The notes under the pieces are model-generated. The model saw only the letters and a program-made list of their open reading frames with translations. It was not told the DNA's origin and did no database searches. Positions 12,495-24,651 of a stretch of DNA of 64,000 nucleotides are shown piece by piece (position 1 is the first letter of the stretch; the number at the start of each line of letters is the position of its first letter). Where the stretch lies: positions 54,312,001-54,376,000 of the forward strand of contig NC_043004.1 in the NCBI RefSeq assembly GCF_006345805.1, in the 5' to 3' direction. A program made the translations under genes and the position numbers. The stretch comes from Octopus sinensis. Its lineage: Eukaryota.

Positions 12495-12548
12495 TCAACA
12501 TCATTTAACATCCATGTTTCATGCTGGCATGGGTTGGACAGTTTGACG
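12495..12548 (-). mobile_element. Short RTE 3' tail
   Basis: CATCATTTAACATCCATGTTTCATGCTGGCATGGGTTGGACAG is similar to 13800-13860. Confidence 0.6.
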
Positions 12549-13139
12549 ACGAAGAATTAATTGTTATGTCCAAATATACAATGAAACATCAATGCTTCAT
12601 TGCATATATATAAGCAGATAAAAAAAATCATAGTGACTGCCTGCAAGCGAGTATGACTTAGTAATGTATACCATGCTTTCACTCATTATTTTAAGTGTCT
12701 ACATAGTTACAAGCAGATAGACACTCTACTGACCTTCTCACCTTTATCTCATAATTTTGTTGATCCAAACACCTGATTAATAATTCAAGAAAGTAGTTAT
12801 TTTACTCAGACTGTTCAAATTGATTATGTTTATTTACTTGGGGACATGACTATAAAAGAATTTAGCATCAAATTTGATTTCAACTTACATTTTCCACAGC
12901 TATTCTAACAACAGTGTAATAATACTTCTGTAACCTCTCGGAGGAAACATGACTCCTCCTTCACTCCTCTCCACCCTTCATTTATGGTTTGAGAATAATT
13001 CTATAATTGTTGTAAACTGGAATGGAACTTACTCTCTTTCTGCTCACATCCATTCTCCATTTAATGCTACTTGGTTTGCATCTTTTAGAGAGATAGATTA
13101 GATAAAATGGATTCAAAGACCAACTAGAAAGTGAAAGTA

Positions 13140-13612
13140 GTATCTAACTTAGGATGTCTCATAGATAGTGGTGGCAATGGTGTTGGAGGTGGTAGATGTG
13201 GTTATCATGGCAGTGGTGGTGGTGGTGGTGGTGTAGTGTTGACAGTGGATGTGTATGATGGCAGCAATTATAGTGTTGGTGTTTTTGCAGAGGTGGTGGT
13301 GGTCGTGGTGGTGGCGGAAGTGGATGATGATGATAATGATGATGATAGAGGTAGTGGCATTGATTATGTTAGGATGTCTCAGTGTTGGTTGTGAAGATGA
13401 TTCTGATATTGATAGTCTTTGCATTGAGGTGGTGGCAGAGTCAGAGTAAATAATAAGAGCCCAGTTAACACAAGATTCTTAAATTTTGGAGATCTAAGAT
13501 AGAGAGCAAGAAGTTAAAAGTTCCAATACTGTCCCAATTCCTACACTCCAGATTCTTCAACTATTTTATAAGAAAGGGGTTAATGGCAGGTTGTATACAT
13601 AAATAAATTACT
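13140..13612 (-). repeat. Unclassified repeat, copy 2 (blocks B+C, inverted)
   Basis: The reverse complement matches 6030-6295 (CCTGCCATTAACCCCTTTCTTATAAAAT...TCAGAATCATCTTCACAAC) and continues into block C, which matches 20455-20650 (TGAGACATCCTAACATAATCAATGC...CCATGATAACCACATCTACCAC). Confidence 0.85.
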
Positions 13613-13793
13613 GTTTTATTCTTTGGCAACACGTGTTTCATGAGGTACATCCTCGGGTTCCTAAACTACACCTTGTTTCCCTGGAACCCCTCTCAAGATG
13701 CCACCCCAATCATCAAGCCCTGTTAGTGTGTGTGAAGAGACAGAGAGAGTAATGTGTGAAAGAGAGAGATAACTGAAATTTTTTACTCGGTGT

Positions 13794-16700
13794 ATCATCA
13801 TCATCATCATCATCGTTTAACGTCCGTTTTCCATGCTAGCATGGGTTGGACGGTTCAACCGGGATCTGGGAAGCCAGAAGGCTGCACCAGGCTCCAGTCT
13901 GATCTGGCAGTGTTTCTACAGCTGGATGCCCTTCATAATGCCAACCACTCCGTGAGTGTAGTGGGTACTTTTTACGTGCCAGTGGCACAGGTGCCAGAGG
14001 GGTCTGGCATCGGCCACGTTCGGATGGTGCTTTTTATGTGTCACCGGCACAGGTATCACAACTACTGTTTCCATTGATATTTGGTTTGATGTTCATGTAC
14101 ATGCACTTGACTCAACAGGTCTCCTCAAGCACAGTGAGATGTTCCGGGATCCAAGGTACTTTGAATGGGCAGTGGGTATGCGGAACTGGTGCCGGAAGCA
14201 TCACGGGTCTTAGTAGTCACAGCACATCTCTAGAGATCTCAGTCCTTCGCCATTGCCTCAGTGAGGCCCAACGCTCTGAGGTCATGCTTGCCTACCTCAT
14301 CCCATGTCTTCCTGGGTCTACCTCTCCCCCTGATTCCTTCAACTGTTCGGGAGTGGCACTTCTTCACACATCTCTCCTCATCCATCCGCAGTACATGACC
14401 ATACCATCGCAGGGTCGCTCTTGCACACCACATCTGATGCTTCTTATAATAATAATAATGAAATTATTGTATACAGTGCTCAGGTGCACCACAACTTGTC
14501 AGAAAGTGCATATAAAGTACATGCAGCAATGTAGAAATGTCTGGAAAGTGAACATGCTTGTGTGTGTATGGAGGGGAGAAAATCAAGTGTAGTGTTGGCG
14601 AATCTCAGGAAGCATGGAAGTTTTGAAGGATGCAGTGCTCCGACAACTAACAACCGATGCCGGCAGTTTGTTCCACGCTTCAGCAACTCTCAGCGTGAAA
14701 AAATGTTTCCTGAAGTCATGGGAGCTGTGCTGTTTTCTTACTTTGTAAATATGTCCACGGGTGTTAGATGGGTGGAGTTTGAAGAGGTGCTCAGAGTTAT
14801 TGTTTGTGCGATGGTTGATAATTTTATGGGTGTCTGCCAAGTCAGCTGCCAGACGTCGGAGTTTTAATGTGTCCATGCCCAGGGAAGTAAGGCGTTCAGG
14901 ATATGGCAAATGCCTGATGGAGGGTATTCTTTTGGTTGCACGTCGCTGAACAGCTTCTAGACGATTGATGTCCTGGGCAAGATAAGGGTTCCAGACCGGT
15001 GATGCAAATTCCAGGTGAGGTCTTACCATAGCTATATAAAGCCGCAGATAGATAGCGGAGAGCGGCTCACAAAGGATTTGGTGAGTGATGCCAAGACACC
15101 CTCAGCCTTCTTGACAATTTTAGCGATGTGTTTTGTCCAACGCAAATCACTGTCGACAATAACACCCAGGTCACGTTCACTTGAAGACTTTTTGAGACTA
15201 GTGTTGTGGAGGGAGTAGGTGGACGCTGGGTTTCTCCTCCCAAAATGCATGGTGGTACATTTGTCCACAGCCAGCTTGAGTTGCCAGTCCATGATCCACT
15301 GCTGCATTGTGTCCAGGTCTGCTTGCAATAGAGATCCATAGTGTACAGGATTTGACCTCTTTATTTGGAGGTACAGCTTGATGTCATCTGCATATTTCAG
15401 CACTGTGGCATTCTTTAAGTTGGCATCTATGTCATTAACATATGCAACAAATAAAAGAGGGCCAAGAACAGATCCCTGCGGCACACCAGATGTCATCTCA
15501 TAGGGCGAAGAGTGCTGTCCTAGAACTGTGACAACCTCTTTTCGGCCGAAAATAAAGGACTTTAACCAGTTATAGAGTTCGTCTCTTACACCCAACGCAG
15601 AAAGCTTCACCATAAGTCTTTTGTGTGGCACAGAGTTAAAAGCCTTAGCAAAGTCCAGGTAAACAACATCCACCCAGGATCCGCGATCAGTGATTTGGGT
15701 AACGTCCTCAAGAAACTCGATGAGTTGATTACAGCAGCTGGAGTTAGGAATAAATCCGAATTGTGACGGCTGGCTGATACAGGATTCCATCAGTTTGGCG
15801 ATGCAGCTAGTAAGACTGACGGGGCGATAGTTGACAGGCGATGTGCGGTCGCCTTTTTTTAACAGAGGGATGACACTGGCAGTTTTCCACTGTTCTGGAG
15901 TAACACCATTGTCGAGACAGAATTGGAAGAATAGAGAAAGTTGGCTTAGAAGAAAGTACCCACTGCGTTTGAGAAGTAGGTATGTAACACCATTGAGACC
16001 AGGAGAGGCATAATTGCGTTTATTCTTTAGGTGGCGTTGCAGCATTGCTGGTGTAAATTGCATAGAAGATATAGAGTCCGATGTCAGTGGTGATGATGAT
16101 GGAACATTTTGGTCTTCGACAGTAAAGATGCCGGCATAGCATCCAGCAATGATTTCTGCACATTCTTCGGGATTGCCAGTAATCTGTCCTGTGTGGGGAT
16201 TGCGAAGGGGACCAACAGGAGAGTGGGGTCTCTGCTTTGAGTGCACATACTTCCAGAACCCTTTGCTGTCAGGGTTAGCTGCAATGCGTTGTTCAAATTC
16301 AAGCACTGCCTTTTTTGTCACCTGCTTGAGGTGGTTGGCTGACCTATTGCGCTTTTTCCTGTTGCTCTCTGATTTATGCAATTTGTATTCCAGTTCAGCA
16401 TTACGGCGTTCTTTCCTGGCAAGTCGGACTGCTGCAGTCTCCCAAATTGCACTATTGGGTGGTTTTTTGTGCTTGCGTGGTACTGATGCTGCACATGCTG
16501 CCCCATATGAATTCAGAATGTTCTGGAGTATAGTGTCCACATCTCCAGAGGCATAAAATTCGCGCCAGTTGGGCGTTGCAGCTCAGTACAATAAGAGCTC
16601 CAGTTTGTTTTATTCCAGTCAAAGCGGGCAATCTGAAGATGGTTGTGTTTTTTGTTACAACCAATCAGAGACAAGTCGGCCATGATCATGGAATGATCAG

Positions 16701-19176
16701 AGTCACCCAAAGGTTCGGTAGCGACACTAATGATTGTTTCAGGAGAAGCGGTTAGTAGCAGATCCAAAGTGTTGTTACCCCTTGTGGGGGAGGTAACAAC
16801 TTGGGACCAATTCGAATTCAGCACCAGTTCAAGAAAATCGTCTGCACTTTGCGGCCAACGGAAGGCCTCCCAGTCAATCTCAGGGAAATTGAAGTCCCCC
16901 GCAACATACACATATGTGGCTGTTTTCGTGGCAGCCGCCCTGAGGAGATCAAGAAGCTGTGCGTCTTGGCGATAATTTGGAGGACGGTAAACGACTCCGA
17001 GCAGAATGTGTACATTGCAGAAAAATACCTCCTGCTGAGATTGGTTCAAATCATCACAGGGGATTGCCGAAAGACTTGATCGAACATAAATCATCACACC
17101 CCCTCCACGGCGATTAATGCGGTCTTTGCGGAACAGGTTGTAGCCGGCTATGCTGAAAACTCCATCACAGAGTGCAGAGTGTGCCCATGTTTCCGTGACT
17201 GTGATGAAATCTGGGTTGATACTTTTGACGTAGGAGACAAAAAGATGCACCTTGTTGCATAAACTACGGGCATTCAAGGACAGCAGTTTATATCTGGATT
17301 TCAGATGATGATATACAGGGGATGGCTGATTGTTCTTGGTTAGTTTCCCCAAGATTTTTGCATTGCCAGTTGTTGTTGTTGTGGGTGTAGTCTGCTCAGT
17401 CCAACTGGCATCCCTTATCCACGACTCACCAGACTTGACGAATGTCCAGATCTGCCCATCATTGCGGAGGCTAAACTCTCCCGTGGCACAGAGTTGCGAT
17501 TTAGGGAAGCCACGGATTCTTATGCCTAGCATTTCTCTCAGGATGCTTACACTCTGTCGTGCATTCACACTGACATTACACATCCAGCGGATCATGCTAG
17601 CTTCATTTCTTTCAAGTCTACGCATGTCCTCTGCAGTCACGGCCCATGTTTCACTGCCGTGAAGCATGGCAGTTCGCACACATGCATCATACAATCTACC
17701 TTTCACTCTGAGTGAGAGACCCTTGTCGCCAGTAGGGGTAGCAGCTTTCTAAACTTTGCCCAGGCTATTCGTGTTCTAGTGGTGACACTCTCTAAGCATC
17801 CACCCCCACTACTAACTTGGTCCCCAGGTAGCGGAAACTATCAACTACTTCAAGTTTCTCTCCCTGGAGTGTGATGGAATCTGTTTTCTGAGTGTCTGTG
17901 GTGTCTATTGTCCCTGTGCATCTGCCGCACATGAAAGCTATCTTATCTGTTAATTTCCCTTTAATGTTGCTGCACTCTTGTGCGTCCATAGCTTACATTG
18001 GGTGCATCTTATGGAGTTTCTACCTACACCTTCCTACAGCTCGAGCAGGGCCACCTGCCCGATGGGGTGTGTGCTGAGTTCGCCTTTCTGCATACTATAA
18101 CTTGTTCTTCGCTACATTTACTCTAAGGCCCTTTGATTCCAACCCTTGTTTCCACACCCGAAATTTCTTTTTTAGTTCCGGTAGCGATTCTGCTATGAGG
18201 GCCAGGTCATCAGCATAGAGGAGCTCCCAGGGGCAACCTGTTTTGAATTCCTCTGTTATTGCCTGGAGGACTATGATGAATAAAAGGGGACTGAGGGCTG
18301 AGCCCTGGTGTACACCTACTTCTACCCGGAATTCTTCACTATATTCGTTGCCAATCCTAACCTTGCTGACAGCCTCTCTGTATAGAGCCTGTACAGCCCT
18401 TATTAGCCATTCGTGAATCAACAGTTTCCGCATCGACCACCAGATAAGGGATCGGGGAACCCTGTCAAAGGCTTTCTCCAAGTCCACAAAAGCTATGTAG
18501 AGGGGTTTATCTTTAGCTAGGTATTTCTCCAGCAGTTGTCGGACCAGGAATCTAGCATCAGTGGTGCTTCTACCCGACACAAAACCGAACTGCATCTCAT
18601 CTAAGCAAATTCTCTCCCTAATGAGATGGGTTATGACCCTCTCTGTGGCCTTCATCACCTGATCCAACAGTTTAATACCCCTGTAGTTATTTCTATCTAG
18701 AGCATCACCCTTACCCTTGTAGTAGTTGACTATGGTGCTGCTACGCCAGTCATTGGGTTAACTACCTGGTTAACAATACGGGTGACTAGGCCATAGCCCG
18801 CATAACCAGCTGTTTTAAGCATCTCAGCAGTGATTCCTGATGGGCCGGGGGCTTTACCTGGTTTTATATCCTTAATTGCCTTAACTACATGTGAGCTGTC
18901 TATTTGGATAGCTGGTCCCTCTACTGGGTCAACATTTGGCAGGCTCTCCTCCTCCCATTCATTCTCCACATTCAACAGTCTTTCATAATGGCTTCTCCAA
19001 GCCTCTTTCTTTTCACCAACATTAAAAGCAAGTGCCCCATCATCCATGCGGACACATTTCTCCCCTGTAACATCACTATTTTCTCTCACACACTGTCTAG
19101 CAATACGAAATACCTCAGTTCTTTGGTCCTCACGTCGCTGGACATTGGCAAACTTCTTTTCTGCTATATCTTTGGG
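13794..19176 (-). mobile_element. 5'-truncated RTE-clade LINE (RT region to 3' tail), interrupted by a CR1-group LINE
   Basis: RT motifs QFGFVSGRSTTDA, FVDLEKAFDRV, GVHQGSALSPLLF and LLYADDL (18095-18667). The frame continues LYDACVRTAMLHGSETW (to about 17520), resumes after the insert as LRWYGHVLRM...RGRGRPRKTW (14239-14440), and ends with a 3' UTR and (GAT)n tail at 13794. Confidence 0.93.
14448..17516 (-). mobile_element. 5'-truncated CR1/L2-group LINE (APE endonuclease + RT) with (ATT)n tail and 7-bp TSD
   Basis: APE motifs LSLNARSL, ITVTETW, GVVYRPP, AGDFNFP, LDLLL and SDH. RT motifs YRPVSLTS, YLDFAKAFNSV, GVPQGSVLGPLLF and KYADD. TSD TTCTTAT at 14441-14447 and 17517-17523. ORF2 is broken by two frameshifts. 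Confidence 0.95.
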
Positions 19177-19198
19177 TATGTATGTATGTATGTATGTA

Positions 19199-19235
<37 letters not shown>

Positions 19236-19257
19236 ATGTATGTATGTATGTATGTAT

Positions 19258-19361
19258 GATGAAAGGCAAAATCGACCTCGGCGGAATTTGAACTCAGAAC
19301 GTAACGGCAGACGAAACACGGCTACGCATTTCGCCCGGCGTGCTAACGTTTCTGCCAGCTC
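19258..19361 (-). mobile_element. SINE head (second tRNA-derived family), truncated at a (CATA)n tract
   Basis: The reverse strand reads GAGCTGGCAGAAACGTTAGCACGCCGGGCGAAATGCG...GAGTTCAAATTCCGCCGAGGTCGATTTTGCCTTTCATC with A-box-like and B-box-like motifs. Confidence 0.8.
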
Positions 19362-19683
19362 TTTGCTTTTTTAATATTAAATTTCTTGCCTTTTGCACAA
19401 ATAAATACAATAAGTGAAATGAAACGCATTAGCTTAGAAACGAAATCTTGTTAGAAGCCTCGTCACTGAGATGCCACTTCTTAATAGCAAACGAAAGCAA
19501 GTACTAACAGAATGGAAACATTTTCAATTTAATACATGTGGCTTATTAACTAGTTTTAAATATTGTTATTAGAAGGTGGCTGACTATAGGATCCTGGAAA
19601 CATGAGTACGTTAAATAATTAGAAGGAGATTTATGCGTTTTATTTACATTTCAGATGTTTAATACGTCACCAAATTGGTGGTC

Positions 19684-20013
19684 GAGACGGAGTAAATAAA
19701 ATAAAGCCGAATGACGGAATATCATTGGTTAAAATTCTAATTATTAAACAACGTTAAACTTAGAAGTTACAATTCCGTTTTCATTCTGGTTTACAATTAA
19801 GTTTACTTTTGACACATTCTACCAATATACGAAGTTTCAAATTGTTTGGTTCAGTAGGAAAAATTTGAAAAAACTGGCTTCAGAAATGAAAAGATCCCAT
19901 AATTGTAAACCAAAATGAAAACGGAATTGTAATTTCTAAGTTTAACGTTGTTTAATAATTCGAATTTTAACCAATGATATTCTTTCTTTCAGCCTCATTA
20001 TTTACTGCCTCTC
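19684..20013. mobile_element. Fold-back MITE with long inverted arms
   Basis: 19717-19799 is a near-perfect reverse complement of 19900-19982 (83 bp, about 3 mismatches), with weaker extension to about 19684/20013 and a 100-bp spacer. Confidence 0.8.
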
Positions 20014-20110
20014 AAAATATTGTTACTGTGACGTAAACAGCTATTTTGTGACGTAGTTAACGTAAACATGTAAATAGCTAACTAAAATGTAGACATCTCC
20101 GCTTATCATA

Positions 20111-20287
20111 AACTTCGTGGAGTATATATAAAATTTGTGTAGATCCTAAATAGCTACACACACATGTATACAAACATATGCATATATATATATATATATA
20201 TATATATACACCTATACACACATATTCTAATGCATATGCATATATGTGTATATATTTATAATGTGTGTGTATTATAGATGCATACAT

Positions 20288-20321
<34 letters not shown>

Positions 20322-20650
20322 AAAGATGTTACATACAATATTATATGTTTATACATCTACATGTATATGTATGTATGGATATATAAGAACCACAGAATTT
20401 GAATCAAACTGTTTTGATCCATACATACACACACACACACACACACACACACCAACACTACCATCCATGAGACATCCTAACATAATCAATGCTACTACTA
20501 CTACTATCATCATCATTATCATCATCATCATTATCATCATCATCCACTGTCGCCACCACCACCACCTCTACAAAAACACCAACACTATAATTGCTGCCAT
20601 CATACACATCCACTGTCACCACTACCACCACTGCCATGATAACCACATCT
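20111..20650 (+). repeat. Unclassified repeat, copy 3 (blocks A+C)
   Basis: Block A as at 5580 is joined through a (CA)n tract directly to block C, and block B is absent. Confidence 0.85.
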
Positions 20651-20759
20651 ACCACAGCTGTTTGCTTACTGCTTACCCACTCACAAAATAGCTATCTACG
20701 TCACATTAACACTATGCAGCTAATAATTTCAAATGAAAACAGACAATATGATTGGCTAA

Positions 20760-20850
20760 GGATAGAATAAGTACTGGGCTTACAAAAAGAATAAGTCCCG
20801 GGGTCGAGTTGATTAAAGGCGGCTCCAGCATGGCCGCGGTCAAGAGTAAC
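20760..20850 (+). mobile_element. SINE 3' fragment
   Basis: GATAGAATAAGTACTGGGCTTACAAAAAGAATAAGTCCCGGGGTCGAGTTG...CTCCAGCATGGCCGC matches the 124-577 SINE. Confidence 0.75.
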
Positions 20851-21248
20851 ATTAAAAGTAAAATATGTTTTATAGGACACATTACGGTTAGGGTTAGTGT
20901 CCGAAGGTTGAAAGTGTTTAGTTACAAAAAATATATTTCTCGATCTGCCGTTGAAAGGGTAAAGATCCCTTATATTATTTATTTAAACCCTTTACAAACT
21001 AGAAGGGTTATGGGTCAAGAGGAAAATACATCAATCAAATGTTGGGAAGGCCATCGGTTGAATAAAACATTGTTCCTCAACAGAAGGAACAATAGTTAGG
21101 GGGAAATTTACCCATTCAGTTTCAAAACTCAGGTGGAGCCAAAAGAGGTCTCTACACATACATACGTATACACACACACACACACATACATACATACATA
21201 TATCCAGACAACTTCAGCTTTATATATATATATATATATATATATGTA

Positions 21249-22098
21249 CTAGCAGAATTGCCCGGCGTTGCTCGGGGCTGAATTGCTTGAAAGTACTGTT
21301 AATGATTGCACTGAATTATGATGATTATCCAGGCAAATATTGATATAAGTTTACGGTGGGAGATAAGGACTTAACGATCAAACGTGTGCCATTGCATTGT
21401 TTTGGGGGAACCAAATTTCTGATGAGCATTATAGGGGCACCAACTTTAAGTTTGAGAAAGTGTGGTGGTAGTCCGGGGTGCTCAAAGGAATTGAGTACCT
21501 CTATTGGATAGTTGATGACGTCCTCTGGGTCAGGAGCTGTATCGATAGACTGATATACATAGACTTCCCCAGGAATGAGTTTTAGCATTTCATCATTAAT
21601 ATGGTGAACAGTTTTATTCCTCGGGGCCAGTATAGCCTTTTTGCCAATCCAATCCATATTCTGATAATTAGCTTGTAGATCTGGGAACACTGCATCTCTG
21701 AGATCAGGAGGCGTCTTAACAATGGTACAAATGGAATCGATGGCAATATTACCATTTTCATACCCTGGTATTTTGCCATCGCCAAGTGCAAGGAGGGTGT
21801 GAGGAAATGCTGCTGATGTGATATTACGTCGCATATGAGCACGCATATTGGTGTGAAGTTTGAGTGTTACTTCCCTTTATTTAAAAAAATATGCATTAAA
21901 ATGGAAAAAATGATGGTAAATTATTTTTAAAATCGTAGACTCATCATAGACGCGCGCTAATACCCAGAAGGGCTCGATATGAATCACAACTATAAGATAC
22001 CCGGTTTTGGTTAAACTGCATCGCAAAATGTGGGAGTAGTTAGGAATCTAAATCGTAGGAGACAGACACTCACACAACTACAGTTTTATATATATAGA
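21249..22098 (-). mobile_element. Non-autonomous Helitron (850 bp) carrying a PIF1 helicase fragment
   Basis: 5' A|TCTATATATATAAAA and 3' hairpin CCCGAGCAACGCCGGG followed by CTAG|T. The internal ORF 21325-21846 has ILAPRNKTVHHIN, YQSID, GLPPHFLKLKVGAPIMLIRNL and CNGTRLIV, typical of Helitron PIF1 helicase. Confidence 0.92.
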
Positions 22099-22488
22099 TA
22101 TGTATATATAATGTATGTGTGTGTTCTATATATAAATATGTATATATAATGTATGTGTGTGTGTGTGTGTGTTCTATATATAAATATGTATATATAATGT
22201 ATATATACAAAGTGTATATATCTTTATGTATGTTAAACTTTTTCATACTTTTTCATAGTTATATATATTTTTAAACAAATTATAAATATAATTTAATAAT
22301 TTTTATTTTTAATTTAAATAATTTCAATTTTTCAATTTTATATTTTATATATTTTCTATATTATATTTTTTGTTAATGTTTTTGTGTTTGGTTTTTCACT
22401 GTTTGATTTGCCTATTAGTGGTTTTATCTCTAATTTAATTTATATAGATCTATATCTCATTTGTATACATTTGTATATATAATGCGTG

Positions 22489-22541
<53 letters not shown>

Positions 22542-23348
22542 ATTACGTAGTCGGTCGATTCAGCTGAAAATATGCATACCTATGTTAAAAGTGCTGGCAA
22601 GTTTGCATGACAACTATTTTTTTCCTCAAATGAAAGGCATCACCTCTAGGACAAAATTCCTCATCTTATAAAATGTGGCCCCATTAGACCCGAATGAAAT
22701 CGGGTTATGTTAACCAAAATGTGAAAAGTGGTCTAAATGGGGCTGGAATGGGATTAAAATTTAAAGGAGCGGGTGTTTAGGAATTCTCTGTTACATCAAG
22801 CTAAAAAATTTGCGCCAGCCTTTTAATCGTCAATGTGTTGCTGTCCATGATAAAGAGTCCATGATAAAGAGTCCATGGTGAGTCTACTGTCGTGAGGAAG
22901 AATCACTTCAAAACTTGGTGTTTACGAATTTTCTTTTACATCAAGTTGAAAATTTTATGCCAGTCGTTAAACTGTCACTACGTTGCTGTCCGTCGTTAAG
23001 AAGTGCCAGCCATGGTGACTCTACTATCCTCAGATTCTATCCCTTCAAACTTTGGTTTCCATTATTTTATTATTTTTCTTCAGCTCGCAAGTCCGTCTGT
23101 CCCTTCTAAATGTTAGCATTTTGCTGTCTGCCTTGAAGTAGACTTTTCCATTATCACTGCCTCATATTTCTGATTGATCTTTCTAAATATTTTATTTCTC
23201 AACTTACTCAAGATCTTCTGTTGTTTATAAATGGGAGAGAGATAGATAAAGATAGAGTGTAAGAGAAAGCAAGGAAGAGTCCGAGAGATAAGAAAACTAA
23301 GAGAGTGGGAAAGTGAGAGAGAAAGGAGAGAGAAAAAAATACGGAGAA

Positions 23349-23403
23349 TCATCAACATCATCATCGTTTAACGCCCGTTTTCCGTGCTAGCAAGGCTTGG
23401 ACA
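23349..23403 (-). mobile_element. Short RTE 3' tail abutting the start of the satellite
   Basis: ATCATCAACATCATCATCGTTTAACGCCCGTTTTCCGTGCTAGCAAGGCTTGGACAG is similar to 13794-13855. Confidence 0.7.
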
Positions 23404-23423
23404 GTGTATACATTGTATACATT

Positions 23424-23478
<55 letters not shown>

Positions 23479-24030
23479 ATATATATATATATATATATAT
23501 AATTTGTATACATTTGTATATATATATAATATGTATATATTATATATATACTTATAAATAAATATAATTTGTATACATTTATATACATATATAATATGTA
23601 TATATATATATATATATACTTATAAATAAATATAATTTGTATACATTTATATACATATATATAATTTGTATACATTTATATACATATATATAATTTGTAT
23701 ACATTTATATACATATATATAATTTGTATACGTTTATATACATATATATAATTTGTATACATTTATATACATATATATAATTTGTATACGTTTATATACA
23801 TATATATAATTTGTATACGTTTATATACATATATATAATTTGTATACATTTATATACATATATATAATTTGTATACATTTATATACATATATATAATTTG
23901 TATACATATATATAATTTGTATACATTTATATACATATATATAATTTGTATAAAGACTAAGCACGTGTCTGTCTTGACACAGAGAGCCTTGACACAGAGA
24001 GTTAGTCTTGCGGTTTGCATCTCGAGGACC

Positions 24031-24108
24031 GAATGTACTGATGAAGTCACGGACACTTGAATTATGCAAGTAATTCTTTTGTTAAGACCGAAACCGAGGT
24101 GTGCATTT
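24031..24108 (+). ncRNA. Type I hammerhead ribozyme-like motif, copy 1
   Basis: Stem I GAAUGUA (24031-37) pairs with UGCAUUU (24102-08). The core CUGAUGA (24038-44) is followed by a long stem II (GUC/GAC, ACGGA/UUUGU, GAAUUAU-GCAA-GUAAUUC), GAAA (24090-93) and a minimal stem III CC-GA-GG-U. Deviations from consensus are an A.C pair at 10.1/11.1 and G at position 17. Confidence 0.6.
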
Positions 24109-24573
24109 AAGTCTGTTATTTATATAATTTTTCATATGTCCTGCCCGCCAAAGTTGGTTCTGGTGTTCGCTGAATTCTTCCTCTAGAGAATTTCCCTTGT
24201 AGTTTGATCGTTGATGATCTTTTTCTAGCATTCTGGCCGGCTACCTAGCAGGCCAGCCCTGCCAATATAGACATATATTTGAATTTTCTCTGACTCCTCA
24301 GATTTTTGAATGCTGGACTACAGGTTTTAAATGATATTAAAATTAATATTAATTTATCTCCCTCAATTTTTAAATATTAAATAAATACGTTCCCTAGTTG
24401 TAAGCACTACCCGCAGTGAATTATTCACTGCAGCCCTTCGCTTCAGGAGTCTCTCAGCGCGCCGGAACCAAGACATTTGAAATTTTATTCCCGATGTAAT
24501 CAGTAAGACTAAGCACGTGTCTGTCTTGACACAGAGAGCTGGGGTTAGTCTTGCGGTTTGCATCTCGAGGACC

Positions 24574-24651
24574 GAATGTACTGATGAAGTCACGGACACT
24601 TGAATTATGCAAGTAATTCTTTTGTTAAGACCGAAACCGAGGTGTGTATTT
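24574..24651 (+). ncRNA. Type I hammerhead ribozyme-like motif, copy 2
   Basis: Same fold as copy 1, with CUGAUGA at 24581-87 and GAAA at 24633-36. The stem I 3' strand is UGUAUUU, so a C>U change is tolerated as a G-U pair. Confidence 0.6.

Noticed and set aside
12890-13070. Minus-strand exon candidates with GTAAGT donors
   Set aside because: The best frame has an in-frame stop before the donor and the implied intron would be only about 32 nt.
13131-13449. His/Ile/Gly/Asp-rich ORFs here and at 20326-20691
   Set aside because: They are trinucleotide low-complexity sequence (ATC/ACC) within repeat block C and are open in several frames on both strands.
24225-24290. Minus-strand VYIGRAGLLGSRPE resembling a GIY-YIG motif
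   Set aside because: It is too short, closed by stops on both sides, and antisense to the hammerhead, so it cannot support a Penelope ORF without an HMM hit.
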